A stretch of 64,000 nt of DNA, taken from contig BQFW01000003.1 of the NCBI GenBank assembly GCA_020891255.1, positions 1,426,001 to 1,490,000 on the forward strand, given 5' to 3'. Below, piece after piece: positions 10,979-24,452 of this stretch. Position 1 is the first letter of the stretch; every line of letters begins with the position of its first letter. The notes under the pieces are model-generated. The model made no database searches. It saw nothing but the letters and a program-made list of their open reading frames with translations, and was not told the origin of the DNA. A program made the position numbers and the translations under genes. The DNA comes from Entomortierella parvispora E1425. Lineage: Eukaryota > Fungi > Mortierellomycota.

Positions 10979-12693
10979 CTATTTAGCGTTGTTGGAGAAT
11001 GTCGCGCCCAAGTACGCGGCCAGGTGTTCGTTCACCTCTTTGGCATTCTCGGTCAAAGATCGGTGGCCACCTGTTTCAATATATTGGATCTCGAGATCCA
11101 CGAACATGTCCTTATCCTTGTCGTTAAAGGCCTCGCACCATGACAATGTTAGTACGGGGTCATCCTTGATCATCAGCAGCATAGATGGGACGGTGTACTT
11201 TTGGCCAACCAGAGCTGAAGGATAAGAACGAAACGAAGCTAGGTTAGCCCTGTGGCTACAGTGAAGTAATAGGGAAGTTGATAAAGGGAATAACAGGAGT
11301 GTATAACACTTACAAAGCTCATCTTCGTGGTTCAAAAGACGGGATCGATAGTAATTGTATCCGCCATGGAAGGAAGTTTGGGCAAAGGAAGTGATGTAAT
11401 ACTCTCTCTCTGCATCCGAAGTGCCGTGGTTTGCATCTGGGAACATGGACTCGTAAGTAACCTCTGCGAGAGTACGAGTCTAAGAATGAGGGAATAAAAG
11501 GTCTTTGTATTCAGAAGAGGCGCAATTGCAAATTTCAAACAAAGGACAGACGACTTACATTTCCTTCGAACCAATACTCTGGTGCGGCCGATTCGAACAA
11601 GGCCACGTAGAACATGTTGGGGTTTATCGCCATAAGAGACTCGGTGCTGAGGAAGACCTTTTCAGGGAACATATAAGGGTTTCCAATGCTGTTTCAAAAA
11701 AAGGGTCAGCTTTCTCCAACTTTTTTAGCATAGCAAACCTTGGAACAAAATAAATGTGCCCATACCTAATAACCGAGTTGCATCTTTCAGGAAACCAGTG
11801 ACCAGTTGTCCAAACAAGCGCCGCACCCCTATGTCGAGAGTTTTATCAACGTCAAGGTCAGGCATCGCTGAGAATAAAGAATACGCTCAACCCTTGAACC
11901 ATTCTTACCAGTCATGGCCGATAAAGACTGCTTTGGGAACATGGAGGTGATCCAATAAGGCGATGAAATCGGAGGCAATACGCTTGGCTCTGTACGGATG
12001 AACATCGTTGCCAATGCATCTCGGTTGAACCTATGACGAGTTGGATACAATAGAACAAACTGTTGGCATAGCACATAAGCAAAACCATCTGCTTCGTGGG
12101 AGAGTCTACTTTTCTTACGGTTTCTCCATATCCCAAGCAATCGACAACAATGACACGGTAGCCCTTCTGAACCAAGAAAGGGATCTGCTTTCGCCAACCA
12201 AACCAAGTATCTGGAAAGCCATGGACAAGAACGAGGGTTTCATGTTTGGGATTGCCTTCATCGACGTAGTGATAACGGCGTCCATTGAGGGACACATACT
12301 GGTGGTTGAGGCTAGAGTCATCGATTGAGATGAGTGTGTTTTCCAATAGCAATTGATCAGTTGGGAGTCGGAAAGAAAGAAGGAAGAGATGGAGGTGCTC
12401 TCCTTTTCTCATGTTCATTACCTGTTGACAAACTGGTTCACCGCGGTCATATCAGGCCTTGGTCTGGGATTAGCCTCAAGATGGGCCTTAATTGCAAGCA
12501 GGCCATTGAAAAACAGATCGGTTGGTGTTGTCTGTGTAGAGGCCGTCGGCTCCAATGGAAGAGACACTGCCAACGCCTTTGTCTCTACCGGTAGGTCTTC
12601 AGTCGATTTGGATCCCGAGAAGTAGGTCTTGAGATTTCCGAATGACCATCGGCGAGATTGCCTTTGGACACTGGCAAAGAATCGAGAAAACAT
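10979..12693 (-). CDS. Alpha/beta hydrolase, soluble epoxide hydrolase-like, multi-exon
   Basis: Motifs LVLVHGFPDTWFGWRKQIP, VIVVDCLGYGET, IGHDWGG-like nucleophile region, GGYNYYR, KDDPVL and TGGH. First exon inferred from ATG 12693 spliced to 12311. Confidence 0.85.
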
Positions 12694-13015
12694 GGTCCAA
12701 AAGAGTTCAGTGCGGAAGTTGCGAGGGTGATTGAGAGAGAACATAAAGAGAGGGGGGATATGTATGGTTCGATTTGTCCGTCGGGATAGGGAGCAAAAGT
12801 AAGAGGGAGGAAGATTGCCGACTTTTTTTTCTTTGGGTGGGACGGTGCCTGTTTTTATACTCCTCGCTTCACTTTGCATGCTCCGACGAGAACGACAGAA
12901 GATCCACACGAGGGCACTGCAGGCGATCATTGTGTCTGTCCAGCATCCAAAAATGGAAGGGCTTTGATTTTTTGAACAACGTGGAGTGAGGACCGTGCTG
13001 GAAAGGTGAGTTGTA

Positions 13016-14773
13016 CAGTAACCCTGAAAAAGTCACCGGCGAAAAAATTTTGAAAAAAAAAAGGGTGACACAAAACGACTTTTTGCGTGCTAAAGCCATG
13101 TAATTTTGCCCTCGCCTTTTTTTTTTCTGATTTTCGATCAGTCCTCGCCGTTCACTTCTATGAGAGGTCCCCTTAGTTAGAATAAAGTGATCCTGGCGGA
13201 GACCAAAATCATGCTCGCCTCCCCTCCCTGAATCACCCCATATAAATTTCTACTCAGGTTAAAACAGAAAATCGCACGTGATCATCGATGAGAGAAAAAA
13301 GCTCCGTCATTCCATCTCCCATTTCATCCTCATCCACGCATTCCTCATCACCATGCCTCGAATTCATCCGGTGGCTGCAAGGCAAGAACTTCTATCCAAA
13401 CTGTTTCCCGCACCAGCTCCAGAAGCACCTCGGGAGGCAAGGAAAGAACTCTCTCTTGAGATGCGGTACTTCATTGCGGGCATGTATGCTGGAGGCTCCA
13501 AGTCAGCGGCCCAAATCTCAAGAGAGTTGCACATTCCTGTCTCGACCATCAAAGATACCCTTGCAAGTCTCAGGAACGATGGGCTTCCTAAACCCATATT
13601 AAGAACCGGACGCCCGCGTAAGATGAGTGAACGAACTACCCGTGCTGTTGTTCGCTACCTTCTTAAGAATCGACGTGCCACGGCGCAAGAATTGACTAAC
13701 GCCGTCTCCCATATTTCTCCTCTTCATCGGGACACCGTTACAAAGGCCATTCTTCGCCTCAACTTTGCGTCTCGTATTGCAGCGAAGAAGCCATATCTTA
13801 AGCCGGCACATGAATTAGCCCGTCTTAACTTCGCAAAGAAGCACGAGAAGTGGACAGTAGAAGACTGGAAAAAGGTGATATGGACGGACGAGTCAAGCTT
13901 TGAAATTGGAAAGAACTCGCGCCGAATACGTGTTTGACGTCGTAGTTACGAGCGATTTCATTCAGACTGCCTTGCCTCCACCTTCAAGTCCGGGCGGACG
14001 TCGGTTATGGTCTGGGGAGCATTCTGTGGGGATTTGAAGAAGTGCAAACTCATCCTAATCCCGAAGGACAAGCGCACCGCGGCAGACTATGTTAAGTACG
14101 TATACGAAAACGCACTTTCTGGATACTACAATCACGCGGAGAACCCATCTGAGCTCATCCTGATGGAGGATGGAGCACCCACACACAAGTCTAATCTTCC
14201 GAAGGCATGGCGAGCGGCCTATGGGATGGATCGACTGGTTTGGCCGGCACAGTCACCAGACTTGAATCCTATAGAAAATGTTTGGAGGCTCATGAAAGCT
14301 TGGATCAGCCTGCAACCAATACCTTCCAACGAAGCAGAAATGTGGAAGCTTACTGAAGCCGCCTGGGAGCGTGTATCAGGGGACTTCTTGAACCGTCTTG
14401 TGGAGAGTATGCCCGCTCGGATGAAGGCCGTGATTGCTGCGAAAGGTGGAGCCACAAGGTGGTAGTATAGTTTCTCCAGCCAAAAAGGACGGATCGTTTG
14501 TTGTAAATAATAGTTGATTTTCTGTTTTAACCTGAGTAGAAATTTATATGGGGTGATTCAGGGAGGGGAGGCGAGCATGATTTTGGTCTCCGCCAGGATC
14601 ACTTTATTCTAACTAAGGGGACCTCTCATAGAAGTGAACGGCGAGGACTGATCGAAAATCAGAAAAAAAAAAGGCGAGGGCAAAATTACATGGCTTTAGC
14701 ACGCAAAAAATCGTTTTGTGTCACCCTTTTTTTTTTCAAAATTTTTTCGCCGGTGACTTTTTCAGGGTTACTG
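13016..14773 (+). mobile_element. Tc1/mariner (DD34E) DNA transposon, copy 2, apparently identical to copy 1 (offset 12,340 bp)
   Basis: Same termini, same TIR mismatch and identical translated ORFs; flanked by TA. Confidence 0.97.
13353..14465 (+). pseudogene. Tc1 transposase, copy 2, with the same in-frame TGA (13935..13937)
   Basis: Translations are identical to copy 1. Confidence 0.93.
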
Positions 14774-15256
14774 TACAGTCCACCCTCTCCACAACATCCC
14801 ACCAGATGATCGGGGCGAGTGGGTGCAAGCACCTGCCTATTTAGGAGCTCTCTTCTAGAGGGGCTGGTCATCAAGTAAAGTGTCTACTCTTTGACCCTGC
14901 GGAGATCTGTCAATCAAAAAAAAAAAAAATGTGCATGGCTTGAGCATCACTTGAACTGGCGGAGGGGGATAGTGGCAAGACAATGCGGAAAAGTGAATTG
15001 TGGGGCAAATGAAAGGTAGACCATGCGCCACTTCTCTTCCAACTCTGTGGCTCTGTTTTTCGGCTCCCTTACCAGGGCTCAAAGATTCCATTGTCATATT
15101 TTGCACCATACAAGCCCCAATCAACCATTCCCTCACTTTCAAAACGAGGTGGCAACCACTATATATTGTACAATGCAAAGATAAGAAAAACTGCGTGGGC
15201 TAAAGCTTGGAAAACATGGACCTTGTAGCTAACTCTACAGGGAACGCCTACTCTGA

Positions 15257-17380
15257 TTACCAATTTCGAATCTGATCCAAAGAAAGGTACTCCGCCATCC
15301 CTGGTGGTTCAGCGATGCTAATTGTCCTAGAAGGCCACAAGTAGCGGAGTGACTCTCCATTGCCTTTCATAGAGGCACGAATAAGTTCCTCTCGAGCGGC
15401 ATGCATAGCCCGTACAGAGTCGTTTACCCAACTTTGGAGTCGTCCTTGATTGGGCTCGAACTCATTTTTCCATCCGCTAACATCAAGCCATTGAATTGCA
15501 GGCCAACTCTGCACCATCCAGTCAATATCCTCTCTTGCCAGAAAAGTCTTTCGAAGATGAGGTGGCGGATGTTCTTTGAATAAATTGCAGATATAGCGTC
15601 CAGTCGAGAAAGCATCTGATCTTTCGAAATACACAGGCTGTCCCTCGCCCTCAGTAGTACTTGACCCACTTTCACGCCATCTCGCACTCTCTTCCTCTTG
15701 ATTCGATCTCAACGATTCTGAGCGATGGAATGCCTTCTCATCCCAGTCAAACGAGATCCTGATGATCTCCAGTTGCTTCAGTGCCTCTAGTTGATAAAAT
15801 CCAGAATTTTGTAGGTCGCAAGGAAATTTCATCCATCCACGAAAGATTGCCACCCGTAGTCGATCCAGTCTTGAGATCTGTTCATAGAACACATGGCATC
15901 TCTGAAAAACCTCAGTTCGGGCTTGTGCGTAAGATATATTTGTGTCAGGGTACATGGATGCCACCTCCAAGGACAAATATTCCAAGCCAAGACAAGCCCA
16001 CGTTTGATCGAAAGAGAGCCTTTGAGCGGGTACGTGTTGCACCGATAGCGCGCCTCCTGCCGAAGAATCAACTGCGCTGTGCCTGCCCTCCTGAATATCG
16101 ACATCGCTGTCACAGTAACTGTTTGGAGTCATAATATACTTGACGTCAAATGTTGTCCGCCAAGCGTACAATACACGCAATGTTTCACAGCGCCTCAGAA
16201 ACCGTTGCAAAGATTGTGCTGTGAGGTATGGTCCTCGATTGCGGATATCACCAGGTATGAAGAGCTTCTCCAACAGAGAAAACCGAGCTCCATCTCGCGC
16301 TTCTGTTAGCAAGCTCGCCGTATGGTTGTGAAAGGTGGTCTTCCAAACGTCAAGTATCAGCAGTTGGCTTGCCATCAATGCCACCATATCCCTGACTAGC
16401 AACGCCACAGCTGAATCGTGAGGCACAGTGCTCATGTACGGGTGATAATGAACACGGAGGGCCGAAATACTTGGGCAGCTTTTAGAGAGATCTGTGGCGA
16501 ACGTTTGGCTACGCGTGAGATCCTTGCCAGACTCCAAGTAGATGCCGTTGTATTCATGCAACGAATTTGATATTTCTGACAGAAGCAATCGTAGATCCAG
16601 GAGACTCGGTAGCTGAGACACAATTCCAATGGTCTTTTGGGCAGTGAGATTGACGCCACTTAGATCTAGGACCGCAAGGATGGCATTCTGGAAACGCAGA
16701 ACTGGTTCTGCAACAAGGAAGTCTATGTGGAGCTCCTTCAGCTGGGGTGCTTTTTGTAGGATCTGGTTCAGATCAACTGGTGTCGTCTCTGATAGATTGC
16801 CATCGTCATGCCCAAATGACCTGCCTATGGCGAGACTGGTCAAGCGAGGAACTAATGGTAAGACTTGGCTGATAACCTCATTCAGTCGCCGATGGTCTCG
16901 AAGATGGAGTGATCGAAGTCGTATGGCTTGCGTTGCCACCTTTTTTAACTGGGCGATTTGGTCGAAACGTTCTGGCTGAGAGGTGGGAAGGCTCCAGTGC
17001 AGGGTATGGATGGACTTCATGTTAAAGAGAAGTGCCTCCCAGCTCGGTTGCAGGTCGCTCTTTTTGACGCCTTTTCGGACTGTTTTCCATCTGAGTGGAG
17101 AGGCAGAGGCATTCCATGACCGGCAGACCAGAAGACAGGACAAGAGAGAGACAATGTCCTGCTCAACATAATATAGAATGCGGTCAAGAACGTGCGGAAT
17201 GTCGAATGGCGAGAGGGTCGGGAGTAAAGACACCATGCTAGAACTTTTTTTGGCCAGTTCGAGATGCGAGAGCGAGGAAATGAGGGAGCTTCTCTTGTCG
17301 GCACCGATGCTGATGCTGGTGGAGAATGTTGATGAGGATGACGATGACGATGAGGATGCGGATGAGGATTGACGACCCAC
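15257..17380 (-). CDS. F-box-like / LRR (RNI-like) protein, intronless, 707 aa
   Basis: F-box-like segment PFDIPHVLDRILYYV...LLSCLLVCRSW followed by LxxLxL repeats and a WACLGLEYLSL motif typical of expanded fungal F-box/LRR families. Confidence 0.75.
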   Translation of the reverse strand: MGRQSSSASSSSSSSSSTFSTSISIGADKRSSLISSLSHLELAKKSSSMVSLLPTLSPFDIPHVLDRILYYVEQDIVSLLSCLLVCRSWNASASPLRWKTVRKGVKKSDLQPSWEALLFNMKSIHTLHWSLPTSQPERFDQIAQLKKVATQAIRLRSLHLRDHRRLNEVISQVLPLVPRLTSLAIGRSFGHDDGNLSETTPVDLNQILQKAPQLKELHIDFLVAEPVLRFQNAILAVLDLSGVNLTAQKTIGIVSQLPSLLDLRLLLSEISNSLHEYNGIYLESGKDLTRSQTFATDLSKSCPSISALRVHYHPYMSTVPHDSAVALLVRDMVALMASQLLILDVWKTTFHNHTASLLTEARDGARFSLLEKLFIPGDIRNRGPYLTAQSLQRFLRRCETLRVLYAWRTTFDVKYIMTPNSYCDSDVDIQEGRHSAVDSSAGGALSVQHVPAQRLSFDQTWACLGLEYLSLEVASMYPDTNISYAQARTEVFQRCHVFYEQISRLDRLRVAIFRGWMKFPCDLQNSGFYQLEALKQLEIIRISFDWDEKAFHRSESLRSNQEEESARWRESGSSTTEGEGQPVYFERSDAFSTGRYICNLFKEHPPPHLRKTFLAREDIDWMVQSWPAIQWLDVSGWKNEFEPNQGRLQSWVNDSVRAMHAAREELIRASMKGNGESLRYLWPSRTISIAEPPGMAEYLSLDQIRNW

Positions 17381-19455
17381 CTAACGCGGCGCGTTTTGGC
17401 CTCTTCAGCACCGCCTGGCGGACAAGAGTCACGTGCATGATTTGGTGGCGCTCTCTCTTCTCTTGCGAAGTCGCAGAATGGAACGAGTGACCTTACCATG
17501 GAGTTGCCCAAGGCTGACAAGAGAGGGTGCACAGCTCTGTTTGTCGCTTGGACGTGGAGGGCGGGCGATTGAGCTCGCGTTGTCAGTTTTGTGTTCCTTC
17601 TCTTTTGTTTATGAGGCATATGGGTGGCGGATGGTGGTCAAAAACGATGAAACCTGTTCTCATATGCTGTCAGTGCAGGCAGGGATCCACTTAGCTCCTC
17701 CTTGTTCATCAAATAATCTAGAGGCAATTAGGCGCAAACATTCATGGACTAATGCTCCATACAAGAAGCAAAGTTGTCCGTGCATCCTCCCCAAAAGTAA
17801 AATTACTCGCTTCTGCCACAATGCTGGAGATGCCCAATGTGCAGCGCCAGCAGCAGTGAGATGATACAAGCAGAGCTAATACGCGTCTAGAAAAGTAAGA
17901 TGAAAGACGGAAGAGCTTTGCTAATCACGCGGATTATCCTTGCACGTGTAACGCAAGAACCTCTGCCTGCAGTCCAACAGAATTACATACCCAAGGATAA
18001 ACGACAGACAACGCCGACTGTGGTCTGGAGCTGAATGATGATGAGAGCAATGGTCGTTTCTTTGACCAGGCTCGACCAAAACAAAGGGAGGATTTAAAAC
18101 ACCTGATGTCTTCTCTTCCCGGTTTTCTCTTTTTTTTTGTGTGGGTTGCATATTTTAGGTTGTTGGCTCTATTTGTGCATGTCTATTTGAATGACATTTG
18201 TCATGGGAATTACCCGCGCTACATACCAATTGCCTTTGAGAGAAGAGTGTATACAAAGCAGATCCATAGAAAAAAAACATGTCCTTTCCGACATTCATTC
18301 ATCAGTGAAGAAGTAGTGCAGGCACCTGATCTTGTTAGCAACAAGGAAAAAAAAGAGAGAGGGTGATAAGACAGGCAACCCTTCTGCCCGCGGGCCGGGC
18401 CCCTGGCGCAGAGCCGCAGCAGGAGACTGAAAAGACCATAAACGATGAGCGAGCGAGGACCTGAGCACAATCTCGAATGGCCAACAAGAGCTCGCAACAC
18501 TGTTGTGTGCGCCTGACAAGCAAAAAAAGAACAAGGTGGAGCATGAATTGTAAAGTAAACAATAATGCGACTCTTTCGACTCTGAGACAAGCATGCCCAG
18601 AAAGAATGTTTCTCCACACAAACGGCAAGCATGCATGAGGGAGGTGGAGCGAATATCCACCGCGCCCCACGGCGCTCTCATCGTCCGTTTCTCTTTTCTT
18701 CCCCTCCACTCTGTGCTCACAATGGAAAACCATAAAAAGACTTTTGGTGACACAGACCATCGTTGCCATGGACTGTAGATACAATCCCCGGCATGCGTCC
18801 CACCGCTGCAGCACCTCGGAGCAGTCCACGCTTTCATTCATTCATTCTTTTCCCTAGTCAGGGCTGTGCATCGTTACCAAGACACCTAGAGGGGTTATCG
18901 GCCCTCTGGGGGCTTGCAGTACTCTGCCTGCCTGTGCAAAGTCTCCGCTGTTCAAAGATCTTGAGCTCCCAAGCAATGCCATTAGACAAGCTAAGTCTTA
19001 TACCATCGAACATTGTCCCGCTTGACAAAACAAACAGGTGGAAAACAAACAAAGAGCGATGGACAACGAAAGCAGTTTCCAGTCAAAAGCGGCTCTCCGG
19101 ATCAAGCTTTCCTGGCCTAGACACACCTGATCTGGTGCTTTCTCGGGCAACATCAGCGACAGCGACAGGTCGCTTTGTGGAGCTACATGACCTTTCTCCC
19201 GCTATAAAAGGCCACTGAAGGCTTCCCTTTCCTCTTCACCTGGTCCCCGTCCTTCGTCCCTGATCCATTCACGACTACACACACCCTCCTGTGGCAGCTT
19301 CTCCCCCTCCTCTTCCTCTTCTTCCTGTCCCTCTCCCTCTCCTCTGACGACTTATTGGTTGAGTAGAGTCCCTTTACGACTCTCTTGTACCCTTTAGTTT
19401 TTCTTACAGAACTTCTCCTCCCCGCCCTTCACTACATTCTACCACCTTCCATCGC

Positions 19456-22400
19456 ATGGCCTTCGACATTCGTGATGAGGATGAAGACCATCATCGTGAT
19501 GAGTTTGACGAATACGAGGATGTAAAGCAGGCTAAACATCCAAAGTTCTATCGTCGTAGAAAGTTTTGGATGTTTTGTATCCCCAACGCCATCATCACCT
19601 TGATCGTTGCCGTCCTCTTGGCCCTCTATGTCATCATGCCAAAGATTGCCCAGGGTCTTATGAACAAGGCCACTATTAATTTCGACGCCATCGTATGTGG
19701 AGACCAGCAAAGAGAGCTTTTTTGTTGCTGTTGTTGTTTCTGTCAAAAGATGGAAGCAGGATGAAGAAAACAATACTCATCACTGACTAATGAACTGGCA
19801 CATCTGCTTCTCTTGTCCCTGACAGAACATCTCCAACCCCTCCGCAACTTCCATGGATATCACCATGGAAGGTAACATGAGAAACACTGGTCCCTTCAGT
19901 GCCGAGATCTCCTTCCCAGAGACTGTCGTCGTCTCCTGGAATGGCATTGAGCTCGGTACTACTGATATCCCTGGTACCAGCAAGGCCTCGTAAGTGCAAC
20001 CGCCCATCTGGAAGAAAGCCCACTGTGCAATTGTCATGGTTTCCATTCCTCCATTCTGACTGTTTTTCTGCCCCGCTCTTTCTTGTCCCCGCCATTATAC
20101 AGAGGAGGCCATGGTTCTCTTAGCTTGGGAAGCAGCTTCAAGGTCACCAATGCCACTGCCTTCACCGAGTTCTCTAGTTACATGCTCAATGCAGAGACCT
20201 TCGTCTGGCACCTCCAGGGAAAGCTTAACGTCAAGGCCCTCAGTCATACCGTCAAGGGTCTGACCTTGAGCAAAGACATTACTGTCAACGGTACGCCACA
20301 GTCTTCTTCTCCTGATTGTTCCTCCTCTCCTCTCTATGCTTCACCTACTCAACCATTCATCCCTCTTTCTCTGTCCATCTCACATATCCTACCAATAGCC
20401 TTCAATGGTCTCAGCAACATCAAGATCGAGAGGTTCTCTCTGCCTGGTGACGATCCCAACGGCAAGGGTATCCTCGTCGAGATCGATACCAGTGTCACCA
20501 ACCCCTCGGCCCTTCAGATGTACATGGGAAGCCTCACTCTCGCCATCTCCTACAAGGATGTCCTCATGGGATATGTCACCTCCAGTAACCTTACCATGGT
20601 TCGTGGTGTTCACACCATGAGCATGAAGGGAGTCCTCATCCCACAAAACACCCCCGAAGGTCTCGCCGTCACCTCCGAGATGATGTCCCGTTACATCGGC
20701 AATGTTGTCACCAACACCACTGCTACCGGTTTTGAGGTCAAGCCTGACGGCGTCAACTCGCTCGAATGGTTATCTGCTGCTGTCAAGAACCTGAAGTTGA
20801 ATGTCCCCCTTCAGAGCCCCGCTCCTCTCCAGCTCATCAAGGGTCTTAACCTCGGCGCCCTCGGACTCGTCTTCACTCCTCCTACTGCCTACGAGCCTGT
20901 CACCACCTCGACCGGAGTTCTTGCCAACTATAGTCTCCCCGATGGTTTCGGATTCAACATCCAGTTCCAACAGGTCTCCAACTCGTTCGCCTTGACCCGT
21001 GGAGGTGTTGTCATTGCCACCTTGAACTCATCCTACAATCCTTCGACCTCAGATATGGCATCTGGCACCTTGACCTTCAACCTCCTCTCTACCCCTCTCT
21101 TGGTCCCCGATGCCTCTCGTCAGCCCTTCCAAGAGTTCAACCGCGATCTTACCATTGGTGCCGACCTTCCCTTTGAGGTCACTGGCCAAGCCTCTGTCTA
21201 TGCCAATACCTCCATCGGTGTCGTCAACCTGGTCAACATTCCTTTCAATGCCTCGACTCAATTGAGCGGTCTTCAGAGTCTTGCCAACCCCGCTCCTACC
21301 ATCACCTCCCTCCAGGTCGTGTCTGGAACCCCTACTGGCTTGACTATGGATATCTCTGTCATCATTGTCAATCCCTCGTCCATCTCCCTCTCTGCAGGCG
21401 ATGTCGTTCTCGCCTTGATGTACAAGGGTGTCAACCTCGGAACCGTAACCATGCCTAACTTGGCCATTGTCCCCGGTGCCAACACAGTTGCTACTACCTC
21501 TACCATTGATCCCTCCAAGACTCCTGAGGGTCTCGAGTTGTTGACTCTGTACACAAGTGGTGCAGGTGCCACTGTCAGCATCGCCGGTACTCCTACTAGC
21601 ACTGCTGTGGAGTCTTTGAGCCTTGCCTTTGGTGCCTTGAACATCGAGACCCAGATGCCAGGTCTCCAGTCCAAGCTCCTCGCTGGTGCTTCGTTGACTG
21701 TCCTCGATTCCACCCTCGTCGATGGTCTGGCTCAGACGGTGGTCACCGTCAATAACCCCTTCGTCCCTCCAATGACCATCCTCTCCATCGATACCAAGAT
21801 CACTTACAACGGTGTTTCTGTTGGAACCGTCACCTCGACCTTTGCCACTCCTCCAGTCATCCCCGGCACCGGACAAGGAACTATCACTGCCTCTTTGGCC
21901 ATGAACATCGATCCTCACGATCTCATCACCTTGATTCGCACCCAGGCTCTCAAGAATGGATTGAACACCGCTGCCTTCGACGGTCTCTTGTCTCTCCAGG
22001 CCGGCGGTAACCCTCCTGCCAGTCTCTTTGTTGGATTCAACGTGGCCGAGTTCACCATGAAGGCCATGGCTGGTCTCCAGGTTGATATTGATATGACCAC
22101 CACCGTCAAGGTCGGCGACTACCAAGTCACCATGCCCTACACCCAGACTGGTGTCAGCACCACCACCGATCAGACCATCTTGAAGTTGATTGCTATCGTT
22201 GGAACCCCCATTGCCCAGATCCTTGTCGACGGATCAGCTCTCAAGTTCGATGCCATTCAGATCTTGGCCCCAACCGAGACTAGCTTCCAGACCTCCATCA
22301 AGGGTGCCATCTCCAACACCGGTCCATTGGATGCCCAGATCGTCTTCCCCAATCCTGTTGTTGTCTCGTTCAACGACAAGCCTATTGGTTCCATGAAGAT

Positions 22401-24452
22401 GCCCACCGTCAACGCCATCGCCAATCAGGGTGCCACTCTTGACCTGACGGGTGTCGAGTTCACCATCTCGGATATCGCTGCCTACACCGATTTTACCGTC
22501 TATGCTCTCAACAATGCTCAGTTCGACTGGACCATCTCGACCACTGGAGTTGTTGTGAATGCCATGGGTGCTCCCATCCCTGGTGTTTCCATGACGAAGA
22601 CCGTCACCTTGGATGGATTCAACATGCTCTCTAGCCTTCAACTCAAGAGCTACATCATCAACACCATTGACGCTCAGGGAATGCACATGACCATAGCCGC
22701 CTCCATCATCAACCCCTCCACCATCGGCATGACCATCCCCGTCTCTCAATTCAACACCATGTTTGGACCCCAGCTGCTCGGACCAGCCTCTGTCAATGGC
22801 TTTTGTCCTTGATCCCTCATGGTCAATCCGATTTCGCTCTTCAGGCCACCATCGCCACTGGAAACGGAGACATGAGACCTTACCTCACCGGCATCTTCCA
22901 CAACGCTCTCAACGGCGAGGATACTCATCTGATAGCTGTCGGTACTGGAGCACCTGGTGTCTCTTGGCTGGATACCGCCATCAAGAGCTTGACTCTTGAG
23001 ACCGTCCTCCCTCCTTTGTCTGAACCACCAATTGCATCTGTCACCATTAATGCCATGTCCATGGACTTTACCTGCGACTCCTGCACTTATGAACCCATGG
23101 CGGGATCCAGCATCACTGCCGTTACCAATTTGCCTTTCGAGGGTAAGGCACCTCTCTATCAATTGAGTCAGAACATTGAGATCTTGGATGCCAGCGACAA
23201 TGTGGTTGGCAGGTTGATCACTCCCTACGCCGATTGCGTCGTGAATGGAAACACTGTCTCAACGAACACCCCTCCTTCGGCCCTGGTGATTGACGAAGCC
23301 GCCAGAGACAAGATCTACCCCGACTTTATCAGTGATCTCAACCAGTTGGAGGTCTATAACCTTGGTCTCCGTGGAACCGCCGATTCGATCTTGGATCTTG
23401 GTGATTTGGGCAAGATTGAGGTCAAGGGTATCAAACTCGATGTCAGGACCCCTCTGGATGGCCTTCAAGGTCTCAAGAAGATCGACATGAATTATGTTGT
23501 TGGCTTTGGCTTTGCTGACACAGGTGCCAACATCACGTCGATTGTCAACATCTACAACCCAAGCAAACTGACCCTTCACATTGGAGAGCTCTACCTCAAG
23601 GTCGGCCTTGACTATTCCCCCGAAACATATGCTGGAGTGTCATACATGCATGACTTGACCCTTGTACCAGGCGACAACATCATGGCCAACGTCGCTCAGT
23701 TGGATAACACGGCCCCCGGTTTCAACGGTGTCTTGACCGGATCATCCCTCGGTCCTTTGCCTCTTGCATTCTATGCCTTCCCTGGATCGAGTCCCAACAA
23801 CAAGGCTCTGGATGCAGGTCTTCAATCTCTGAAGAGTGGCACCATCATTCCCTTCAACCTTGTCAGTCCTGTGCCTGCCCTTCCCTATGGCAAGGTCTTC
23901 TCTGTCAAGGCATTGCCTAACACTGAGCAAGATGGTATTGTGGAGATCACAGGCACATGGCAGAACCCTTATATCGGTGTCCCAACCCAGCTGATCACCA
24001 TGTTGCCCGATCCCAGTGTTTGGCAAGCTACTCGCCTCTCTTGGACGATGTTCAATTTCTATGGAACTAGTTTGAACTTGTTCGAACCCCTGGAAGATTA
24101 CCCCATGACCTTGGTTGATGGAGGCAAGCAAGTGACCATGCGCGCACAGACCATTGTTCAGGGTGATCTTTCGATCGCCAAGGATTGGATGCACCAAGCA
24201 GCCACAACCAACGTTGGCATGACAGTGATTGTCCAGCCCTTGATCAATGTAGGCACCCCTCCAGGTTACCTCTCCAATCCAGATTTCTCTTCTGGCCAGG
24301 TCTACCCCTTGGATGGTGCAGCATACGACGCAGTAAAGTGGGATACCTGGTTTGAGGCCGGTCCTGACATGGCGAAGGTCTGGCAATTCATGCTGAACAA
24401 GCTTAACACCACCGATGACCAAGTTGCATCAAACCCACCCGTGAGCCCATAA
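19456..24452 (+). CDS. DUF3712-type type II membrane protein (~1550 aa), paralog A; one +2 frameshift at ~22801
   Basis: N-terminal TM helix (KFWMFCIPNAIITLIVAVLLALYVIMPKIAQ) and repeated LEA2/DUF3712-like beta modules (I.NPS.I.M...G.L). Exons 19456..19692, 19826..19989, 20103..20290 and 20398..24452. Confidence 0.8.
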
